Positions 36,778 through 39,922 of a stretch of DNA of 39,922 nucleotides are shown one piece after another. The translations under genes and the position numbers were made by a program. The DNA lies in IMG/VR virus record IMGVR_UViG_3300037461_000445, positions 1 to 39,922 of that record. One strand, written 5' to 3'. The notes beneath the pieces are model-generated. The model ran no database searches and was not told where the DNA came from. It worked only from the letters and a program-made list of their open reading frames with translations. Source of the stretch: a virus (taxonomy: Duplodnaviria; Caudoviricetes). Numbering within the stretch: the stretch's first letter is position 1; each line of letters opens with the position of its first letter.

Positions 36778-37904
36778 TAATGGATGATGTCCAAAACGCC
36801 GATGCTGTTCTTGTCGTTGATACGTAAATCGCCGTACATGGTGGCGTAGGTTTCCTGCACCTGGCGGCTGATGATCTTTTCCGATTCCTGCAACATCATG
36901 GCGTCATTGGTGACGTACACGCCGGTATTGTCTTTGTCATGGCCGACCAGATAATCGGTCACAGTAGAGCCGCTTTTGACCATGGTATCATTGTACTCGT
37001 ACCCTGCCGGGATCGAGCGTCGTTGATCGGTCATCACAGCGGCCAACTGCGGGCCCGGATTGGTCAGACTGGTAATGCAGTCATCGACCAGGATCATGTT
37101 GGCTTTGCTGCCGACAAAAACATTCATCGAGTAGCCGTCCGGCAAAGCTCGCCAGAAAGTGAACAGGTCTTTTTTCACGATGGTTCCGGTTGTGGCCGTG
37201 GTTTTGATCTGCGCATTCTGCAAGCCGTTGGAATTTCCGTCACCGTTCAAAAGCGTGTTGATGAAATCCCAGGTCAGATCGAGGCCGACCTGGCGACCGA
37301 TGACCTGCCACATGGCGCCGATGTAATCCAAGCGCTGAGAGGCCATTTGTTCGTAGGTCGCTTCAACGCCGATGCCGAATTTCGCCAGCCAGATCGACTG
37401 GTTGCCGATGGTGATTTTGACTTTCGGAATCTCCTGGCCTGCGCCGATCTTGCGCATCTTTTTGTCTTTCGTCGGCACTTCAAGGCTGATCGCCTCGAAT
37501 TTGAAGCCGTCGATGCTGACTCTCTGGCTGCACAGGTAAGGCACAAGGTTTGTCGCCATTGCGCCGATATACAGGCGGGACGCGAAATATTCAACGAACA
37601 GGGTTTGCAGGTTCGGGGTTGAAATCCACTTGGCGACGGTATCGGAAAAACTGCCGCCGTTGGCTTTCATGAACAGATCGAACGCACTGACCGGAAAGGC
37701 CTTGCCGTTCTCGCGTGCGTGCCGTTTTGCTTCCAGGCGGTCAAAACCTTTCATACCCGCACAATCCGACATGATATCAGCCTGCAAAAGTTTGTCTTCC
37801 AAGGCCTTTGCATAGCTGATATTGTTTTTCTCGCAATCCGTCAACATGCCGGGGTCGAGTTTAATGCCCTTGATTTTGTCAAGGACTGCTTTGGTGATTT
37901 CCAT
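36777..37904 (-). CDS. major capsid protein (HK97 fold)
   Basis: 375 aa; RKIGAGQEIP, KFGIGVEATYE, INTLLNGDG, EKIISRQ; RBS GGAG. Confidence 0.85.
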   Translation of the reverse strand: MEITKAVLDKIKGIKLDPGMLTDCEKNNISYAKALEDKLLQADIMSDCAGMKGFDRLEAKRHARENGKAFPVSAFDLFMKANGGSFSDTVAKWISTPNLQTLFVEYFASRLYIGAMATNLVPYLCSQRVSIDGFKFEAISLEVPTKDKKMRKIGAGQEIPKVKITIGNQSIWLAKFGIGVEATYEQMASQRLDYIGAMWQVIGRQVGLDLTWDFINTLLNGDGNSNGLQNAQIKTTATTGTIVKKDLFTFWRALPDGYSMNVFVGSKANMILVDDCITSLTNPGPQLAAVMTDQRRSIPAGYEYNDTMVKSGSTVTDYLVGHDKDNTGVYVTNDAMMLQESEKIISRQVQETYATMYGDLRINDKNSIGVLDIIH

Positions 37905-37958
37905 CTTTATTTCTCCAGATTAATTTTTTTTCGATTTCGTGAATTGTCAGCCGGTCAT

Positions 37959-38414
37959 TTAGTCCAGGAAAACCTGTACTTCCGCGTTTGCCGAGTCAAT
38001 GGCCCATACCGCGCCATCGCCGTAAGTGGTCGCCGGTTTCACGGTGTTGTAAGCCGTGGTATCGACAACAACCGCATCCTGCAGCGCCGGGCTGCCGGTG
38101 TACAGATATTCGCCGACATCGTGCACCGGATGACGATTGCCGCTTTTGTCGGAAAAGCGATACATGCGGACGGAGAGAATGTAATCCTCTTCGTTGTCGG
38201 GAATGGCACTCAGCAGAATGCCGTCAAACGGCTCACCCGTGGCTGCCACGCCCACTTCGTTGTTGTTTGCCCACGTACATTTCACCAACATGCCTTCGAT
38301 GGCCGTATTCGCCAGCCGTGCGGCATCCAATGCAGTGGTAAGGGTCGCATCCGGATAAGCGGGAACAACCACGCCGCCAACTTCCAGACCGCCACCTAAA
38401 ATTCTTGCACCCAT
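37959..38414 (-). CDS. capsid decoration/cement protein
   Basis: between scaffold and MCP; EVGVAATGEPFDG; RBS AAGGAG. Confidence 0.6.
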   Translation of the reverse strand: MGARILGGGLEVGGVVVPAYPDATLTTALDAARLANTAIEGMLVKCTWANNNEVGVAATGEPFDGILLSAIPDNEEDYILSVRMYRFSDKSGNRHPVHDVGEYLYTGSPALQDAVVVDTTAYNTVKPATTYGDGAVWAIDSANAEVQVFLD

Positions 38415-38463
38415 CTTTCAAACTCCTTGTTTATGATTTTTGTTGATTACGATTTTTACCGGC

Positions 38464-38943
38464 TTAAAACTCGGAACCGGTTACAACGACTTTCGCTTCG
38501 CCTTCAGTGGCGGATTTCTGCTGGTCTTCCGGATTCGGCTCGGTCAAGGTTGCCTTGGCGCCGTTGCGGTCTTTCCAGACCTGCTTGTAGGTTTCCAACA
38601 TCATCTTGACTTGTTCCGGCGTCATGGTTGCCAGTTCTTTGCGCCGATCGTCGGCTTTTTCTTTGGCGATCATGCCGGAGGCCGTACCGAATTTTACCGC
38701 TTCTTCAACCATGGCTTCACGGTATGCTTTCGCATCCACGGCGATTTGTTTCGCCTGCTCGATGGTCATTTCCGCGCTGCCAATGGCGGCCTTGAAATCG
38801 GTGAAATCCTTTTTGGCCTGCGTGACCTGATTGGTCATTTCTGCCACTTTGGTTTCGACCTGATCCTGCAGCATTTTTACGCTGGATTCGCTTTCCGGGT
38901 CAACCGTCACCGCGAGGCCCAACGACTTGAAATTCACGTTCAT
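38464..38943 (-). CDS. nested in-frame scaffolding protein
   Basis: AAAGGAGTGATTTAC-ATG internal RBS, in frame, at the protease/coiled-coil boundary. Confidence 0.6.
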   Translation of the reverse strand: MNVNFKSLGLAVTVDPESESSVKMLQDQVETKVAEMTNQVTQAKKDFTDFKAAIGSAEMTIEQAKQIAVDAKAYREAMVEEAVKFGTASGMIAKEKADDRRKELATMTPEQVKMMLETYKQVWKDRNGAKATLTEPNPEDQQKSATEGEAKVVVTGSEF

Positions 38944-39603
38944 GTAAATCACTCCTTTTTCTTGAGATTCTTTGAGTCCTTTTTTCGTCCGTGCGCCGAT
39001 CTGGTCGCCTAAAAAAACAAACGATCCTTCCAGCGCTTCGCTTTGATCTTTGTTTGTGGCCTGGTATTCGCGCCACATAACATTCCCTGCTTGATCGTTG
39101 ACAGCTTTCAATTCGTCGGCCCTAAACCCGATACTCATATCCCGCATGATACCGGCGTCTATGTTTTCCGTCGCGGGATTGCTTGCAAGCGTGTAAAACT
39201 TTGGTTCCAACACGTGCAATCCCTCTTGCGCTTCAATCGCATCAAGCTTTTTCAAAAACGATTTAGACGGCGTGAACCCGATATTTTCTAATACTTGTTC
39301 TCTCGTTACCTTTACAACTTTTGCGTCAAACCAGCGCCCGGAACCAGGAGGCCCCCACTCATGGCCGTTAAACAAAACGGATTTTCCTGGCAACGTCTTA
39401 GCAAACACTTTCAAAATCGACAAAGCAAACCGCTCGTTTGAACGATCCAGATAATTGTTCGCCAGCCATGATTTATAAACCCGCACGTCTTCAGGTTTGA
39501 AGCGCTCAGGGTTAAGCATTGATGCTTTGATTGCGTCCCACTCTGCATCGGTCGGCGTGACAGCCTTGACATTGGTAGATACTGATTTTGTGCCTTGAAA
39601 CAT
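38464..39603 (-). CDS. prohead protease with C-terminal scaffold domain
   Basis: DRSNERF, NGHEW, DMSIGF, EGSFVFLG protease motifs; coiled-coil C-terminus; RBS GAGGG before MFQG. Confidence 0.8.
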   Translation of the reverse strand: MFQGTKSVSTNVKAVTPTDAEWDAIKASMLNPERFKPEDVRVYKSWLANNYLDRSNERFALSILKVFAKTLPGKSVLFNGHEWGPPGSGRWFDAKVVKVTREQVLENIGFTPSKSFLKKLDAIEAQEGLHVLEPKFYTLASNPATENIDAGIMRDMSIGFRADELKAVNDQAGNVMWREYQATNKDQSEALEGSFVFLGDQIGARTKKGLKESQEKGVIYMNVNFKSLGLAVTVDPESESSVKMLQDQVETKVAEMTNQVTQAKKDFTDFKAAIGSAEMTIEQAKQIAVDAKAYREAMVEEAVKFGTASGMIAKEKADDRRKELATMTPEQVKMMLETYKQVWKDRNGAKATLTEPNPEDQQKSATEGEAKVVVTGSEF

Positions 39604-39613
39604 GGTTTCCCTC

Positions 39614-39654
39614 AAAATAAAAAAGCCCACCCGATCATTAGATCGAATGGGCTT
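39614..39654 (-). terminator. terminator-like hairpin between the com-like gene and the head operon
   Basis: AAGCCCAUUCGAUC-UAAU-GAUCGGGUGGGCUU followed by UUUUAUUUU; the G-U pairs form only on the minus-strand RNA. Confidence 0.75.
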
Positions 39655-39673
39655 GCATGAAGCGCTGAATATG

Positions 39674-39859
39674 TCATTCAACGGGACAAACGCGAGTCCC
39701 GTTTAAAAATTGCAGATTACCGATAACCGTAAAGCGCAGCCGTTTATTCTCCTTGCATTTTTGGCAGGTTTTCCAGACCGTCCCCGTCACCGGTGGGGTT
39801 AGTTCTAAAAGAACCTTTCCGCAATCCGGACAGCGAATTTCTTTTATTTTCTCTGGCAT
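39674..39859 (-). CDS. Mu Com-like zinc-ribbon regulator
   Basis: KEIRCPDCGKVLLE...KTCQKCKE, 61 aa. Confidence 0.75.
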   Translation of the reverse strand: MPEKIKEIRCPDCGKVLLELTPPVTGTVWKTCQKCKENKRLRFTVIGNLQFLNGTRVCPVE

Positions 39860-39922
39860 CCTTTTTGACCTCGATTCCACCACCACCAAAAACAGGAACA
39901 GGCTTTTCAATCGTTGGCGGAT
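39796..39922. repeat. second copy of the 127-bp terminal repeat
   Basis: identical to 1-127. Confidence 0.95.

Noticed and set aside
209-39454. Numerous plus-strand ORFs (e.g. 2251-2928, 36939-37622, 37719-38399)
   Set aside because: All are antisense shadows of well-supported minus-strand genes and show no recognisable motifs
39604-39681. N-terminal extension of the protease (MNDIFSAS...) given in the ORF track
   Set aside because: It runs through the terminator hairpin; the RBS supports the ATG at 39603
1-39922. Alternative genetic code, introns/inteins, tRNA genes
   Set aside because: Core genes are full length in the standard code with tight stop/start coupling; no cloverleaf or intein motifs noticed

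Overview
The window is an apparently complete ~39.8-kb tailed dsDNA phage genome with siphovirus-like organisation. Bases 1-127 repeat exactly at 39796-39922, the usual circular-assembly overlap. Every credible gene is on the minus strand. In transcription order from the control region (~20.4-21.2 kb): HNH-AP2 endonuclease, Cro-like HTH, an Mgm101/Rad52-type annealase, Gp157-like protein, SSB, a lambda-O-like initiator with iterons, helicase loader, RuvC-like resolvase and a DNA methylase. Next comes an unusual accessory trio (anchored Fn3-dockerin, stand-alone cohesin, lipoprotein metacaspase), then terminase, portal, a second methylase cassette and a gp7/MuF head protein. A block of four glycosyltransferase-like genes plus a SAM methyltransferase follows, then a Com-like zinc finger with a terminator hairpin, protease/scaffold, capsid, connectors, tail tube, frameshifted tail chaperones, tape measure and an Ig-domain tail protein. 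Three fibre-region genes with Sec signal peptides precede an M15 endolysin lysis cassette. I saw no integrase, divergent repressor, tRNA, CRISPR array or reverse transcriptase. The best candidates for new biology are the dockerin-cohesin-metacaspase envelope module, the exported and possibly O-glycosylated fibre proteins, and the glycosyltransferase block inside the head operon. All assignments come from motif recognition by eye, without database searches; several start codons were moved to RBS-supported positions.
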